This document shows positions 10,884 through 21,649 of a stretch of DNA of 64,000 nucleotides, piece by piece. Positions within the stretch are counted from its first letter, which is position 1; every line of letters starts with the position of its first letter. The stretch is from an uncultured delta proteobacterium (lineage in GTDB: Bacteria > Desulfobacterota > Binatia > Bin18). Made by a program: the position numbers and the translations under genes. The stretch is from assembly GCA_963733195.1 (NCBI GenBank), contig CAVTCR010000063.1, positions 1 to 64,000 of the forward strand. The letters are read 5' to 3'. The notes under the pieces were generated by a model. That model made no database searches and had not been told where the DNA came from. It worked only from the letters and a program-made list of their open reading frames with translations.

Positions 10884-12341
10884 GGTCAAGAGCCTCGGTT
10901 CCTGTAACCTGGGTTAGGCAGCAGACGCGGCACTTCGACGAGTTGGTACATAGACTAGATGGCTCGCTCATACTCACTTCCTGTTCGTCCAGCTTGAGTT
11001 CGTTCGCGAAGCTGCGAATCTGTTGTTGCTCAAAGTCACTAAAACATTTCTTACCCCAGCGATCGCTGACGCGAATCAACACGCCAAAGACCAAGTGCAC
11101 TAAACTGCCTTCGGTCCACAAATGAGGAATAACTTTGGTGCGCCGCCGTTCTTCGACAAAGGCCCGCTCGACGAGATTGGACGTGCGCACATATTGTTGA
11201 TGGCGTTGTGGGCACGGCAAGATGATTGAGACTGGCGTCGGCATCATCAAGCAAACAGCGACAGAATTCCGGAAACTCGCGTTGATAGCGTTCCACCATG
11301 GCGTCCCGCCGCTGCTCCGCCTTCTCCTGACGTCGGGGCATCCTGCATATCCACGAGTAACGCTTTCACCTCCGGCCACGCTTGGGCGGGCACTTTCTGT
11401 TGGAGGTTTTGCATCTTGTGAAACCAACAGCGAATCCGCAGCGATTTCGGCCACACCGCATCAATGGCTTGCGTCAAGCCGAGCGCCCCATCAGTGGTAA
11501 TCGTGGCTGGGGGCCGCAGCCCGCGTTTCACCAAATCGCGTAAGACCTCCCGACAACTCTCAAAACTTTCACTATTGGCCGTCGAGAGACTCAAGAACAC
11601 TTTACGTCCATCCTCACAGATCGCCCACACACAGAGCACGCCCGTTTTCTGGCCCCAGCGCCGCAACGGTTCATAGACGGTATCAATAAAGAGGTAGGCG
11701 ACCGGCTCCTGCCGCAAATCGCGCGTCCGAAATGCTTCGTATTCCTCGGCTCAACTCTCTCGCGCAATGTCACTGACCGTGCTTTTGGAGAGCACGAAAT
11801 TGCCCCACCGCACTCTCTAACCCCTGCTCAATATCCCGCTGCGACATCCCGCCCACATACATTTCCACAATTAACTTCTTGAGCACGTCACTGGTGTGAC
11901 CCATATTGTTCCACAACTGCGAGCGATACGGTTCTGCCTGGCCCCGCATCTGCGGCACTTTGACGTGCAAGACGCCTTCGCCGGTTTTCAGTGTCCCCCT
12001 TTTCATACCCATTGCGGTAGCCGCCCTTCTCCCCGCGCACCTTCGTACCGTCCCCGGCCCAAGGCCATCGCTTGTTCCTGCTCTAACACTTCTTGCAAAA
12101 TCCGTTCAGTTGAGAATCGCACCAAGAGACTCAACAATTCTTCGCCACTTTGCCCTTCAGCCTGTCCCTGCAACAACGCACGCAACGCCTGGGCCTTTTG
12201 TTCACTCGGTGCTATCTTCTTCTCCATACGGGAGTCCTCCTTCTCGGATTGGGTTAATCGTTCTTCACAATCCGATTACCTACCGCAGAAGTGATCTCCC
12301 GTCTACTCCCTCTCTATTTACAGGGATTCTAGGACATAACC
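10884..12341 (-). mobile_element. IS256-family insertion sequence, frameshifted
   Basis: pieces LGRGRYE, MYVGGMSQRDI, YLFID, TTDGALGL, RCWFHKMQN, RTSNLVERAFVEERRRTK; imperfect 24-bp IRs GGTCAAGAGCCTCGGTTCCTGTAA / GGTTATGTCCTAGAATCCCTGTAA. Confidence 0.9.
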
Positions 12342-12760
12342 TTGAGGCCCCACAGCGTGCGATATTCTTGGCGCGCCGAGCCCGCGCCGTTGCGGTAGTG
12401 CCCCATCCCCTCGATCTGCCGCCCGGCCTTCTTCTTGGTCGAGTCGTCCCCCACGAGCATAATTGGGGCTTCGACCGGGCCCCAGTGCGCCGCACAGCGG
12501 AGGATCCGCGCCCACAGCGGCCAGCGCGCCTGGAACAACGTGCCCCCCAGAAACCTGTAATCACACGAGAAGCGCTTCCCCCTCGGGGCCCCGGGGAGCC
12601 ACAGATAGGTCGTGATCGTCTGGCGCTCCCCACTGGCCACCGCCCCCCCATCCGCTAGCACGGTGAACGTTTGCCAGGAGGGCGTCGTAAACAGGTCAGC
12701 AAAGAAACTCAGGACAAACACCCCGAAGGATGACACGATAAATGCCGCCATGGCAAATTC
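12342..12760 (-). mobile_element. IS701-like transposase N-terminal fragment truncated by IS256
   Basis: FADLFTTPSWQTF...RQTITTYLWL...GDDSTKKKAGRQIEG..YRNGAGSARQEYRTLWGL. Confidence 0.75.
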
Positions 12761-12899
12761 CTCCAGCAATACCGGTTGACTACACAATCTACGATCATAC
12801 TGGAGGCGCTGTGGCCGTGGCACTCCTAGGCAAAAACTGCGAAACTAATGGCTAGAGTGTAACACTTCCATTGACCCAAACTTTAAGCAACGAATCCCC

Positions 12900-13235
12900 T
12901 CTGTTAGGCTGCAAAACTTTGCTCGATGGACACGGTTTTCACCCGGCAAGTCATTCACCTACTCGGATGGGCACGGCTTCACTACCACCGGATCAAAAAC
13001 CACAAGGTCGGCGCCCATGCCCGGTGCGGATCCAGTCTTTGTCTGCAAAATCCAGGAAGTCCGCTAGTCTAAGACATAACCCGCCGTACCTCTCTTCTAG
13101 GATCAGCACCCGCCGTTTCTGCACCCCCTCATGCAGGAGCTACGTGGGCATGCCCGCCTCGCAGTGTTGATCCGCATGGGGCCCAGCGTCCGAAAGGCCG
13201 AGGGCTTCATGTACGGAAGCCGTCCGCACCAGCCT
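12900..13235 (-). pseudogene. remnant of amidohydrolase (N-acyl-D-amino-acid deacylase-like) C-terminus
   Basis: minus-strand fragments GLSDAGPH, GMGADLVVFDP, VNDLPG with stops and frameshifts. Confidence 0.6.
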
Positions 13236-13353
13236 CGGCGCAGGCGCTGGACAAAATCATTGGCTTAGTTCACAAACAGATTCAGTAATTACAGGCTTCA
13301 TCAGGTGGTTGCGGGACACTAACTGTAAACTGAGTGGCTAGGAGAGAAACGCT

Positions 13354-14382
13354 ATGCAATATACCAAACTCGGCAACACTGGCGTGACGGTATCGCGGCT
13401 CTGTCTTGGGTGTATGACCTATGGTGGCGGGCCGCAACCGAAGTGGGCAATGCGACGCGATTGGGCACTTGGCGCTGACGAGGCACGTGAGCACTTTGCA
13501 CTGGCGCTTGAGGCAGGCATCAACTTTTTCGATACCGCAGATGTCTACTCCGTGGGTCTGAGTGAAGAAATTACGGGACGTTGGCTGAACGAGATGGCCT
13601 CGCGTGACGACATCGTGGTGGCCACCAAGGCGCATGGTGCAATGGGACCTGGTCCAAACCGGCGCGGCCTCAGTCGTAAGCACCTCATCGAAGCCTGCGA
13701 GAATTCGCTCCGTCGGCTCAAGATGGACTATATCGACCTCTACCAAATTCACCGTTGGGATTACACAACACCGCTGGAAGAGACGCTCGAAGCACTTGAT
13801 TCACTCGTACGTAGCGGGAAGGTCCGGTATCTTGGCGCAAGCAGCATGGCAGCGTGGCAGTTCTCTAAAGCGCTGTATACAGCCAAGGAGCATGGCTGGC
13901 ACCGCTTCTTCGCGATGCAGAACCATTACAATCTCATCTATCGTGAAGAAGAACGCGAAATGAACCCCTTATGTATCGACCAAGGTGTAGCACTGATCCC
14001 ATGGAGTCCACTGGCGCGGGGATTCTTCGCGGGGAATCGCGCTCCCACGTCTGGTGCACAGATGACCAAACGAGCAGAGACTGATGAATTCGCGCAAAAA
14101 ACCTATTTTCAAGACAGCGACTTTGAGGTTGCCGCCGCGGTCGATAGGGTTGCCAAACAGCGCGGAGTGTCGCCCACGCAGATCGCTTGTGCCTGGATTC
14201 TTCAAGCACCAGGTGTGACGTCACCGATCATTGGCGCGACGAAGATACCACACCTCAAGGAACTCTTTGCGGCCGTAGACATCAAATTGAGCGCTGAGGA
14301 GATCGCCACTGTAGAGGAACCGTATAAACCCCATCCAATCCTTGGACATGAACAACCCAGAGCCAGCAGGATGGCGAGATAG
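13354..14382 (+). CDS. aldo/keto reductase
   Basis: LGCMTYG, FFDTADVYS.G.SEE, ATK, DYIDLYQIHRWD, PWSPLARG. Confidence 0.95.
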   Translation: MQYTKLGNTGVTVSRLCLGCMTYGGGPQPKWAMRRDWALGADEAREHFALALEAGINFFDTADVYSVGLSEEITGRWLNEMASRDDIVVATKAHGAMGPGPNRRGLSRKHLIEACENSLRRLKMDYIDLYQIHRWDYTTPLEETLEALDSLVRSGKVRYLGASSMAAWQFSKALYTAKEHGWHRFFAMQNHYNLIYREEEREMNPLCIDQGVALIPWSPLARGFFAGNRAPTSGAQMTKRAETDEFAQKTYFQDSDFEVAAAVDRVAKQRGVSPTQIACAWILQAPGVTSPIIGATKIPHLKELFAAVDIKLSAEEIATVEEPYKPHPILGHEQPRASRMAR

Positions 14383-14452
14383 GTCCGCAGCGATCTACAA
14401 CGACCACCCCCTATATGCAGAACACACCAAGATACGGAGTCTCAGCCGGTGA

Positions 14453-14515
14453 TGGCAGGCACAGCCTGCCCTACCTTGCACCCGTGGAGATATGTAGGGC
14501 GGGCTGCGCCCGCCA
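14453..14515. repeat. inverted REP pair (REPIN-like) between convergent genes
   Basis: TGGCAGGCACAGCCTGCCCTAC ... GTAGGGCGGGCTGCGCCCGCCA. Confidence 0.8.
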
Positions 14516-14553
14516 CGGGGTGCTAAGGCAGAACGTGTCACACCGGTCTGCCG

Positions 14554-15003
14554 TCAGCGCACGTTGCCCGGCGAAACTTTCCCTGAGCTGCTGTTCACCA
14601 ATCTGAACTTCGGCAGCGTGATCTCCGCGGTCACATCATCGAATGTGACTTCGACGGCTAAGCCGCAGGCTAAGGCCTCATTGTCGCAGCCGACCACCTG
14701 ACTAATGATCTGCGGACCCTCTGCGAGTTCAATAAGCGTGACATTATAGGGAATGTCTTCTGAGAAGCCGGCGTGCCACTGTTGATAATACACGCCATAC
14801 GAGTAGATGGTACCTTTGCCGCTGAGTGGGACCCATTCCTGGTCGTCTGACAGACAGTTCGTGCACGCTGGCCCAGGTGGAAGGTGCACATAGCCGCAGG
14901 CTCGACAACGTTGCGCGACAAACTCGTGTCGTTTGGCTGCCTGCCAATAGGGCGCGTTCCATTTTTCGATAATCGGCAGGGGTTTCGTATAGTCGGCCAT
15001 CAT
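14554..15003 (-). CDS. DUF35-type Zn-ribbon/OB-fold protein
   Basis: QRCRACG..HLPPGPACTNC, SGKGTIYSY, PY...IELAEGP. Confidence 0.92.
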   Translation of the reverse strand: MMADYTKPLPIIEKWNAPYWQAAKRHEFVAQRCRACGYVHLPPGPACTNCLSDDQEWVPLSGKGTIYSYGVYYQQWHAGFSEDIPYNVTLIELAEGPQIISQVVGCDNEALACGLAVEVTFDDVTAEITLPKFRLVNSSSGKVSPGNVR

Positions 15004-15004
15004 T

Positions 15005-16141
15005 CTACCTCCGCAAAATCAAGGCGCCGGCATGTTCGCGCAGTCCACCGGTATACGTGCACATGATCAGCTCCACATTCGCAATCTGTCGCGGACCGCA
15101 CTCGCCGCGCAATTGACGTACTGCGTCACACGTATTCTGCCAACCGACCATGTAGGTCTCAGAGAGTTGTCCCCCATTAACGTTCACTGGCAGTTCACCA
15201 CCTAGGGCGATACGTCCGCCTTGAATCCAGCGTCCAGCTTCGCCGACTGGACAGAATCCATAGTTTTCCAAGGCGGCGAGGATCGCCGGGCTATATGCAT
15301 CCTGCACGTATAACGCTTGGATGTCCTTCACACTCACGTCGGCCATCGGAAAGATCATGCGTGCCACCCGTTGCTGCTGAAAGCTTTGCATCACGAGATC
15401 TGGAGTTTCATACGCGCGGAACGCTTCCTGCCGTCCGAGGCCGCGAATGTACACCGGTGGTCGACGGAGATCCTTGGCACGCTCTGCTGTCGTAAGAACA
15501 AACGCGTGACCACCATCAGTGATGTGGCAGTAGTCAAACAGCCGTAACGGGGCGACGATGTACCGTGCGCTCATATAGTCATCAAGCGTGATGGGCGTGC
15601 GCAGGACAGCTTTGGGATTCAGTGCGGCGTGACGACGCTCGGTGATTGCGACAGTCGCGAGCTGCTCCTCTGTGGTACTGTACAGATACATGTGGCGACG
15701 AAACGCGAACGCGAACGGCAGCGATGGGTTGAACGCGCCGTAGGGGGCATGCTCTTCGAGCAGCGCTCCGCCGAAGCGATTACGGTTGGTTTTCTGATTG
15801 GTGCCGTAGACGAGCAGCACATAGTTCGCCATGCCCGCATGTAAGAGAAGCGCGGCGTGTTGAATCATATAACAGCCAGTCGCACCTGAGGCTTCCACCG
15901 CCCCGCCGACGCGCGGATTGAGGCCCAGCATGAGGCCGACTTTCAAATAATCCCCTTGACGACCATAGCTCGGCTGTACGAAGAGGCCGTCAACGTCATC
16001 CTTCTTGAGTCCGCAGTCTTGCAGTGCTGCGCGCGCAGCATCAATCGCTAACTCGTCCCCGGTCTTGCCAGGCACAGACCCTTGTTGAGTATCGCCCACA
16101 CCGACAATACAGATCTGATCGCGTAGGTCTCGCAGTCCCAT
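15005..16141 (-). CDS. thiolase-like protein (SCP2/Ltp2 type)
   Basis: IVGVGDT, HAALNPKA, IVAPLRLFDYC.ITDG, GELPVNVNGGQLSE, VRQLRGE. Confidence 0.9.
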   Translation of the reverse strand: MGLRDLRDQICIVGVGDTQQGSVPGKTGDELAIDAARAALQDCGLKKDDVDGLFVQPSYGRQGDYLKVGLMLGLNPRVGGAVEASGATGCYMIQHAALLLHAGMANYVLLVYGTNQKTNRNRFGGALLEEHAPYGAFNPSLPFAFAFRRHMYLYSTTEEQLATVAITERRHAALNPKAVLRTPITLDDYMSARYIVAPLRLFDYCHITDGGHAFVLTTAERAKDLRRPPVYIRGLGRQEAFRAYETPDLVMQSFQQQRVARMIFPMADVSVKDIQALYVQDAYSPAILAALENYGFCPVGEAGRWIQGGRIALGGELPVNVNGGQLSETYMVGWQNTCDAVRQLRGECGPRQIANVELIMCTYTGGLREHAGALILRR

Positions 16142-16340
16142 GTCGGTCCCTCCCGTCGGTGCTTATACAAGACCCCATTCACGTGGGCAACCGTTTTGTA
16201 GTGCGTTTAGTGCTTCATCAACTCGAGAAAGGTGAACCGCGTCATAGGTTGAATTGTAGCCAGGGGAACGATAGACAGAAGCAGACAACACACTACCGAG
16301 GACAAGGGCAAAAGGCTGGCTCGCAAAAAGGAGGATACAT

Positions 16341-17096
16341 ATGGAGATGCAGATTGTCGCGGTTGATTCGTTGACCGTACCATGGAAATCACTGGCGCTT
16401 GAGCGGGGAGGTGTGGTTGACCTGCAGATGTATCTCAAAGGTACAGACGGCGGACCCGAAGCCATCCGCGCAAAGATTTGTGATGGGTATGAGGTCGAAC
16501 CGCATTTTCACTTGGCGGCACAGTTTCAACTCCTGCTAGAAGGGACAATGACGTTTCCGACGTTCCGGCTCGATGCGCCCGCTGTGCACTATACGGAGCA
16601 TAATGTTCCGTACGGCCCCTTTGTTGTAAGCCAGGGACACGACATGCTCGTGCTCCACACCAAGCCAGGTGGAGTAGTGACCATGCGAGACAAGGAGCGT
16701 CGGCGTCAAGCCAATGCCCGCGGTCGAGAATTCTCGTGCTGTGCGCACGAGGTAGAATGGGAACCAATGCCAGGCCATGCTGGCGCACGCCGTAAAGTCC
16801 TTATCCCAGCTACCCGGGGACCAGCTGCTGAGCTGGTCGAATGTCCACCTCATATGGCACTAACTGTTCCAGTGAGCGCCTATGGTCGCTACGAGGTTGT
16901 CTACCGCGGGTCAGTGCTCGTTGAAGGAAAAGAATTAGGACCGAAGAGCGTGCGGTTTGTCGGCTCGGGCCAACACGCTTCACCGCTCACGTGCGGACCC
17001 GAGGGAGCAAGCGTGATTGTTCTTACGTACGATGCCGATGCTGCGCAGAGTTACGGTGGCAGCACAGAAGAAGTGCTCGCTCGGATGGAGCAGTAG
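16341..17096 (+). CDS. hypothetical protein, possible bicupin-like fold
   Basis: RBS ggagg; PHFHLAAQFQLLLEG cupin-like motif, YGP; duplicated beta-rich halves. Confidence 0.6.
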   Translation: MEMQIVAVDSLTVPWKSLALERGGVVDLQMYLKGTDGGPEAIRAKICDGYEVEPHFHLAAQFQLLLEGTMTFPTFRLDAPAVHYTEHNVPYGPFVVSQGHDMLVLHTKPGGVVTMRDKERRRQANARGREFSCCAHEVEWEPMPGHAGARRKVLIPATRGPAAELVECPPHMALTVPVSAYGRYEVVYRGSVLVEGKELGPKSVRFVGSGQHASPLTCGPEGASVIVLTYDADAAQSYGGSTEEVLARMEQ

Positions 17097-17175
17097 GAGT
17101 TGGCCACAGAATGTTGTGGACGAGTCACTCGGCGACTGTGGGCCGGGAAACGCTAATGAAAAAGGAGCATGCCTC

Positions 17176-17823
17176 ATGGCTGAACCAGGAATTTTTGAAA
17201 TCATCTATTCAACTCGTGCAATGCGACGTCTGAAACCTGATCCAATTCCAGAAGAGACGCTCAAGAAAATTGTTGATGCTGGAACTAGGGCTCCGAGCGG
17301 TGGCAATGTGCAGGAATGGGCGTTCGTGCTCGTGCGCGACCCCGACCTTAAACGTTTTATCCGTGATTACTACTGGAACACCTGGCAACAGATACGCGCC
17401 AAAGGTAACTTTTCGATGGCGGATCTGCCGCCGCCGCAGCAACGTATGCTCAATGCCGCATCTGACCTCGCAGCCAATCTTGATGAAGCGCCGGTGCTTT
17501 TGTTGGCCTGCGCACACAAAGAGTACACACCCATTGCCGCGCTGAACGTTCCGCGTGCAAATTTGCTTGCCGTCCATGGTTCAATTTATCCAGCTATACA
17601 AAACATCCTGTTAGCATGTCGTGCACTCGGGATTGGCGCGACACTCACTACCCTCCACTCTTTCTTTGAAGATACGCTCAAAGCGAAGCTTGGGATCCCG
17701 GACAAGATGGAGGTTGCTGCCATGATCCCTATGGGGTATCCGCGCGGCAAGTTTGGCCCAGTTTCCCGTCGTCCAGTCGAAGAGGTGATTCACTGGGACC
17801 GCTGGGAAAATCAGAAAGCCTGA
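17176..17823 (+). CDS. nitroreductase family protein
   Basis: TRAMRRLKPDPIP, APSGGNVQEW, IQNILLACRALGIG, IPMGYP. Confidence 0.93.
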   Translation: MAEPGIFEIIYSTRAMRRLKPDPIPEETLKKIVDAGTRAPSGGNVQEWAFVLVRDPDLKRFIRDYYWNTWQQIRAKGNFSMADLPPPQQRMLNAASDLAANLDEAPVLLLACAHKEYTPIAALNVPRANLLAVHGSIYPAIQNILLACRALGIGATLTTLHSFFEDTLKAKLGIPDKMEVAAMIPMGYPRGKFGPVSRRPVEEVIHWDRWENQKA

Positions 17824-17872
17824 ATCCCTCTGCGAAGCAATAGTCTCAAAAGACACGACGAAGGGGAGACAT

Positions 17873-18937
17873 ATGGAATACCGCACGCTTGGTGGAACCG
17901 GGGTGAAAGTGAGTCACTTTTGCCTCGGCGCGATGATGTTCGGGCCAATGGGCAATCCAGATCACGAGGAGTGCGTGAAGCTGACGCATGCTGCTCTCGA
18001 CGCTGGGGTAAATTTCATTGATACCTCTGACACGTACTCCGATGGCGAGTCAGAACGCATTCTGGCCAAAGCGTTAAAGGGGCGACGCGACAGCGTCGTG
18101 CTTGCCACCAAGTGCTTTTTTCCGCCTGGACGCGTTGGGTTGTTTACGCGTGCGGGGAAAAATATGACCGACGGTGGAGGCTCACGTCGCTGGATTATGC
18201 GCGCGGTGGAAGAGAGCCTGCGCCGCTTAGAGACCGACTACATCGATGTCTACCAACTCCATCGCTGGGATTGGGAGATGGATGTCGAAGAATCGATTGC
18301 CGCAATGACTGACCTGCAACGCGCGGGAAAGATTCGCGTGATCGGGGCGTCGGCGACGCCAGCCGAGTGGATTGTTGAGGCCCAACGTATCGCCGAGCAG
18401 CGCCAGCTCGCGCGGGTGCGCAGCGAACAGTGCATCTATTCGATATTCAGCCGCAAAGTGGAAGAGGCAGTGCTGCCGACGTGCCAGCGCCATGGCGTGG
18501 GAGTGATGGTCTATGCTCCGCTGGCTGGAGGATGGCTGACCGGGAAATATCGACGCGATAAACCATTCCCAGAAGGGAGCCGAGCCGCTGGACGATTGGG
18601 GCGCATGGGGGTCTGGGATGCCGAACGCGCAGAGGTGCAGCGCAAGTATGATCTCATCGAAGCGTTGAATGCACTGGCGCAGGAGGCCGGGCTCTCGCTC
18701 ACGCATATGGCGATGGCTTTTGCGGCTGAACATCCAGCAGTGAGTTCAGTGATTATGGGACCAAAGACTGTGGCACAACTCCAAGATACGCTGCTCGCAG
18801 CTGAGGTGCGACTCATTCCAGAGGTGCTGGATCGCATCGACGCAATTGTGCCGCCAGGGATACGTATAGACCCCAAAGAGTCGTTTATCCCGAATCCTGC
18901 TCTGGATGAGCCCACGCGCCGCCGCCGACCTCGCTAG
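17873..18937 (+). CDS. aldo/keto reductase
   Basis: LGAMMFG, FIDTSDTYSDGESE, LATK, SLRRLETDYID, PLAGGWLTGKY. Confidence 0.95.
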   Translation: MEYRTLGGTGVKVSHFCLGAMMFGPMGNPDHEECVKLTHAALDAGVNFIDTSDTYSDGESERILAKALKGRRDSVVLATKCFFPPGRVGLFTRAGKNMTDGGGSRRWIMRAVEESLRRLETDYIDVYQLHRWDWEMDVEESIAAMTDLQRAGKIRVIGASATPAEWIVEAQRIAEQRQLARVRSEQCIYSIFSRKVEEAVLPTCQRHGVGVMVYAPLAGGWLTGKYRRDKPFPEGSRAAGRLGRMGVWDAERAEVQRKYDLIEALNALAQEAGLSLTHMAMAFAAEHPAVSSVIMGPKTVAQLQDTLLAAEVRLIPEVLDRIDAIVPPGIRIDPKESFIPNPALDEPTRRRRPR

Positions 18938-19054
18938 TCGATATTCTGTCCGACGATCGCTATACGGTGGGCAGCTATACACAAGATTGAGTATACGAGC
19001 GTACCTACCGTATGACGACACAACATGGTATGGCGAGGCAAAAAGGAGGATATT

Positions 19055-19447
19055 ATGCCTAAAGCACCCACTGGATCAGAAGCGCGCCCCGCATCAAGCT
19101 CGTATAAGGAAGCGAATCCACAACTGTACGCCTTTCTCGACTGGATGGCGCAGCAAGATCCCGAGTATTCGCAAGCGTTCCAGAAGTATACCGCGATCGC
19201 TACAGGGGAAGGACAGGCCTTAGCAGTCAAATACCGCGAGATGGTGATGTCGGCTATTCTCGTGTTCATGGGGCGGCGCGAAGGTGCCGAGGCGCATCTC
19301 AAGCGCGCGATCGAGCATGGCGCCACCAAACGCGAATTGTTTGAAGCTGGTCAAGCAGCGGGTGTACCCGGCGGTGGGATAACCGTAGGGCTGTGGATGC
19401 AAATCCTCACGCAGTTAGATCGTGAGGGAGCTTTCAAGAACGGGTGA
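19055..19447 (+). CDS. carboxymuconolactone decarboxylase/AhpD-like protein
   Basis: ALAVKYREMV...HLKRAIEHGATKREL; RBS aggagg. Confidence 0.8.
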   Translation: MPKAPTGSEARPASSSYKEANPQLYAFLDWMAQQDPEYSQAFQKYTAIATGEGQALAVKYREMVMSAILVFMGRREGAEAHLKRAIEHGATKRELFEAGQAAGVPGGGITVGLWMQILTQLDREGAFKNG

Positions 19448-19575
19448 CTTGCAACCGTCCAAACCACCTCAATCTCACCATTTGTTTTGTGCCACCGGCG
19501 GCTCATCGCCAGTGGCACCGACAACCTTCATCCTAAACAGCCGATGCGCGAGCGCGCGTAGCTCTCCGTGGACTC

Positions 19576-20005
19576 TTATGCTTCCGGTGGCGCCAAGATG
19601 GTAAAGCCAAACATCGGCTCACTCCCGGTGCGCAAGGTGTGAGGTGCCCCGGCGGGTATCATCAGAACATCCCCTGCCTTGAGATCTTGTTCCTTCCCCG
19701 ACACACGGGCCGTGGCCTTGCCATCGATAACATAAATGACCTGGTCTCCTTTATGGCTGTTCTCGCGGTCGGTGTTAAAGTTCGCCGGAATGGTGAATAC
19801 CATGGTTTCACTCTGTGCGCGTCTTTTGCAGTACCTGCGCCGATACTTTCGAGCCGTCCCCTCGATGTGGGAAAACATTGGCTACGTCGAGGCCGTCGCT
19901 CGACGCGCCTACGTCTTTCATCTGCGCTTCAAAGAGCTCATCAGAGATCAACCCCTTGCGGTAAACCTTTAGCAATTGCTGAACCTCAAAGTCTCGTGTT
20001 GCCAT
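19576..20005 (-). CDS. cupin-domain protein (frameshift near 19830)
   Basis: ENSHKGDQVIYVIDG, GDVLMIPAGAPH; upstream piece 19808-20005 with RBS. Confidence 0.75.
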
Positions 20006-20268
20006 ACTGATACCCTCCTTATTTTTGACTCGAGTTTTTCTATTACCCGCATATCTTTATACTCGGTGCAAAGTCAAGCTGTGTGTAGACCAGCTTCCCT
20101 GGATACCTCTCGGAACGGTTGATCGTCACACACGTGAGCGGCCTATTCTTCTCAAACAGGACATTCACGAATTCTCAATCATTTCGCCGGGAATCGCGTT
20201 AATAAGTGAGTGTTGCCCTGCCCCTTCCTTGCACTTATGGGTGTGCTCCAGTATGTTGCGCGCACATT

Positions 20269-20718
20269 ATGAACGATACGCAAACTCCTGCACCGGTGTA
20301 CCTGCTGCTAGTTGAAGACAACGATGCAGATATCCGGTTGATGCAAGAGAACCTGAAGGCAATCCAGCTCCCCATCCATCTGACTGTGGTCACAGACGGG
20401 GAACCTGCCCTCTGCTTCTTACGCCGCCAGGCCCCGTACGCGGACGCGGTACGGCCCGACTTTATTTTGCTGGATCTCCATTTGCCCCGCAAAAATGGGT
20501 TTGCCGTGCTCCTCGAGCTCGAACAAGACCCTGGCCTGCGGGACATTCCCGTGGTCGTGTGTCTCGGCTCGGATTTGGACATCGAGCGAGTGAAAGATTA
20601 CCATCTGCCAGCGGATTGCCTCTTTATCAAAGGATATGACCCGGAAGCGCTGCGGCGGGTTCTGACGAACTGTCGAGCGCGGACGAACGGCAACTCCTCA
20701 GGACTGGCATCCTCGTAG
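20269..20718 (+). CDS. stand-alone receiver-domain response regulator (Rcp1-like)
   Basis: LLVEDNDAD, PDFILLDLHLPRKNG. Confidence 0.88.
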   Translation: MNDTQTPAPVYLLLVEDNDADIRLMQENLKAIQLPIHLTVVTDGEPALCFLRRQAPYADAVRPDFILLDLHLPRKNGFAVLLELEQDPGLRDIPVVVCLGSDLDIERVKDYHLPADCLFIKGYDPEALRRVLTNCRARTNGNSSGLASS

Positions 20719-21097
20719 TCCCTTGGCTCCCTGAAACTTTGGGGATGATGTGAGGTACCCCCGCCTTCTGTCCTTTCTCCCTGCAGTACTAAGGGTGAAA
20801 TAAAACGTCGCTCCTTCCTCAGGCCGCGACTCGACTCAAATGCAGCCCTCGTAGCGCTCCACAATCCCGTGGCAGATCGTCAGGCCAATACTCCTTCCCT
20901 ATGCTCTATCGCTGGTCTGGCAGTCAGCATCGTGTTTCCACAGTTTATGTAATGGAGGCCTCAAGGCGTTTGCGCGATCGTTCTTCGGCGAGGATCAAAC
21001 CTACAGAGAGACAAGCACCACGAGCAGGAGACACGCTTAAAGATCGGGTGCTCTCGTCGATATGTAAGGGAGTATTCTATAGAAAATTGAGGTACTT

Positions 21098-21649
21098 ATG
21101 CGTGTTCGGGAAAAGGGATTATCGTATCTTCCCTATATTGTCGCCCTAACGCTCTGGATATCCGGTTGTGCGGCAATCGGACAACACCCCCAGAGGAGGC
21201 ACTCGAATCAGGAGTTGATCGCCGCGCTTCAACAGCAAGGGATAGCGGTCCGAGAACAAGGCACGGGGGTCGTGCTCGTTATCCCGTATGTCTCCTTTGC
21301 TTCTAAAAGGGCCGAATTGTCTGTGCAAGCGCAGCACCTCTTGCGCGCCGTCGCTGCCACGCTCAATAGTCCACCGGCTCGCCAGCGGTACATTGCCGTA
21401 GATGGACATACCGATGCGGCGGGCAGTACGGAATACAACCGCCACCTCTCACGCGAGCGTGCAGAAGCCGTGGCCCGTGCCTTAATCGCCAATGGGGTGA
21501 GCAAAGAGCGGGTGAAGGTGGGGGAGTATGGGGAAGAATTCCCCATTGCGCCGAATAAAACTCCGCAGGGCAAGGATAACCCGGTCGGTCGTGCCCAAAA
21601 TCGGCGGGTAGAATTGGTCATTTTGCAACAGAAGTCGGGGTTTCCGTAA
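21098..21649 (+). CDS. OmpA-family lipoprotein
   Basis: lipobox ISGC; VDGHTDAAG..YN..LSRERAEAV; GRAQNRRVEL. Confidence 0.92.
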   Translation: MRVREKGLSYLPYIVALTLWISGCAAIGQHPQRRHSNQELIAALQQQGIAVREQGTGVVLVIPYVSFASKRAELSVQAQHLLRAVAATLNSPPARQRYIAVDGHTDAAGSTEYNRHLSRERAEAVARALIANGVSKERVKVGEYGEEFPIAPNKTPQGKDNPVGRAQNRRVELVILQQKSGFP

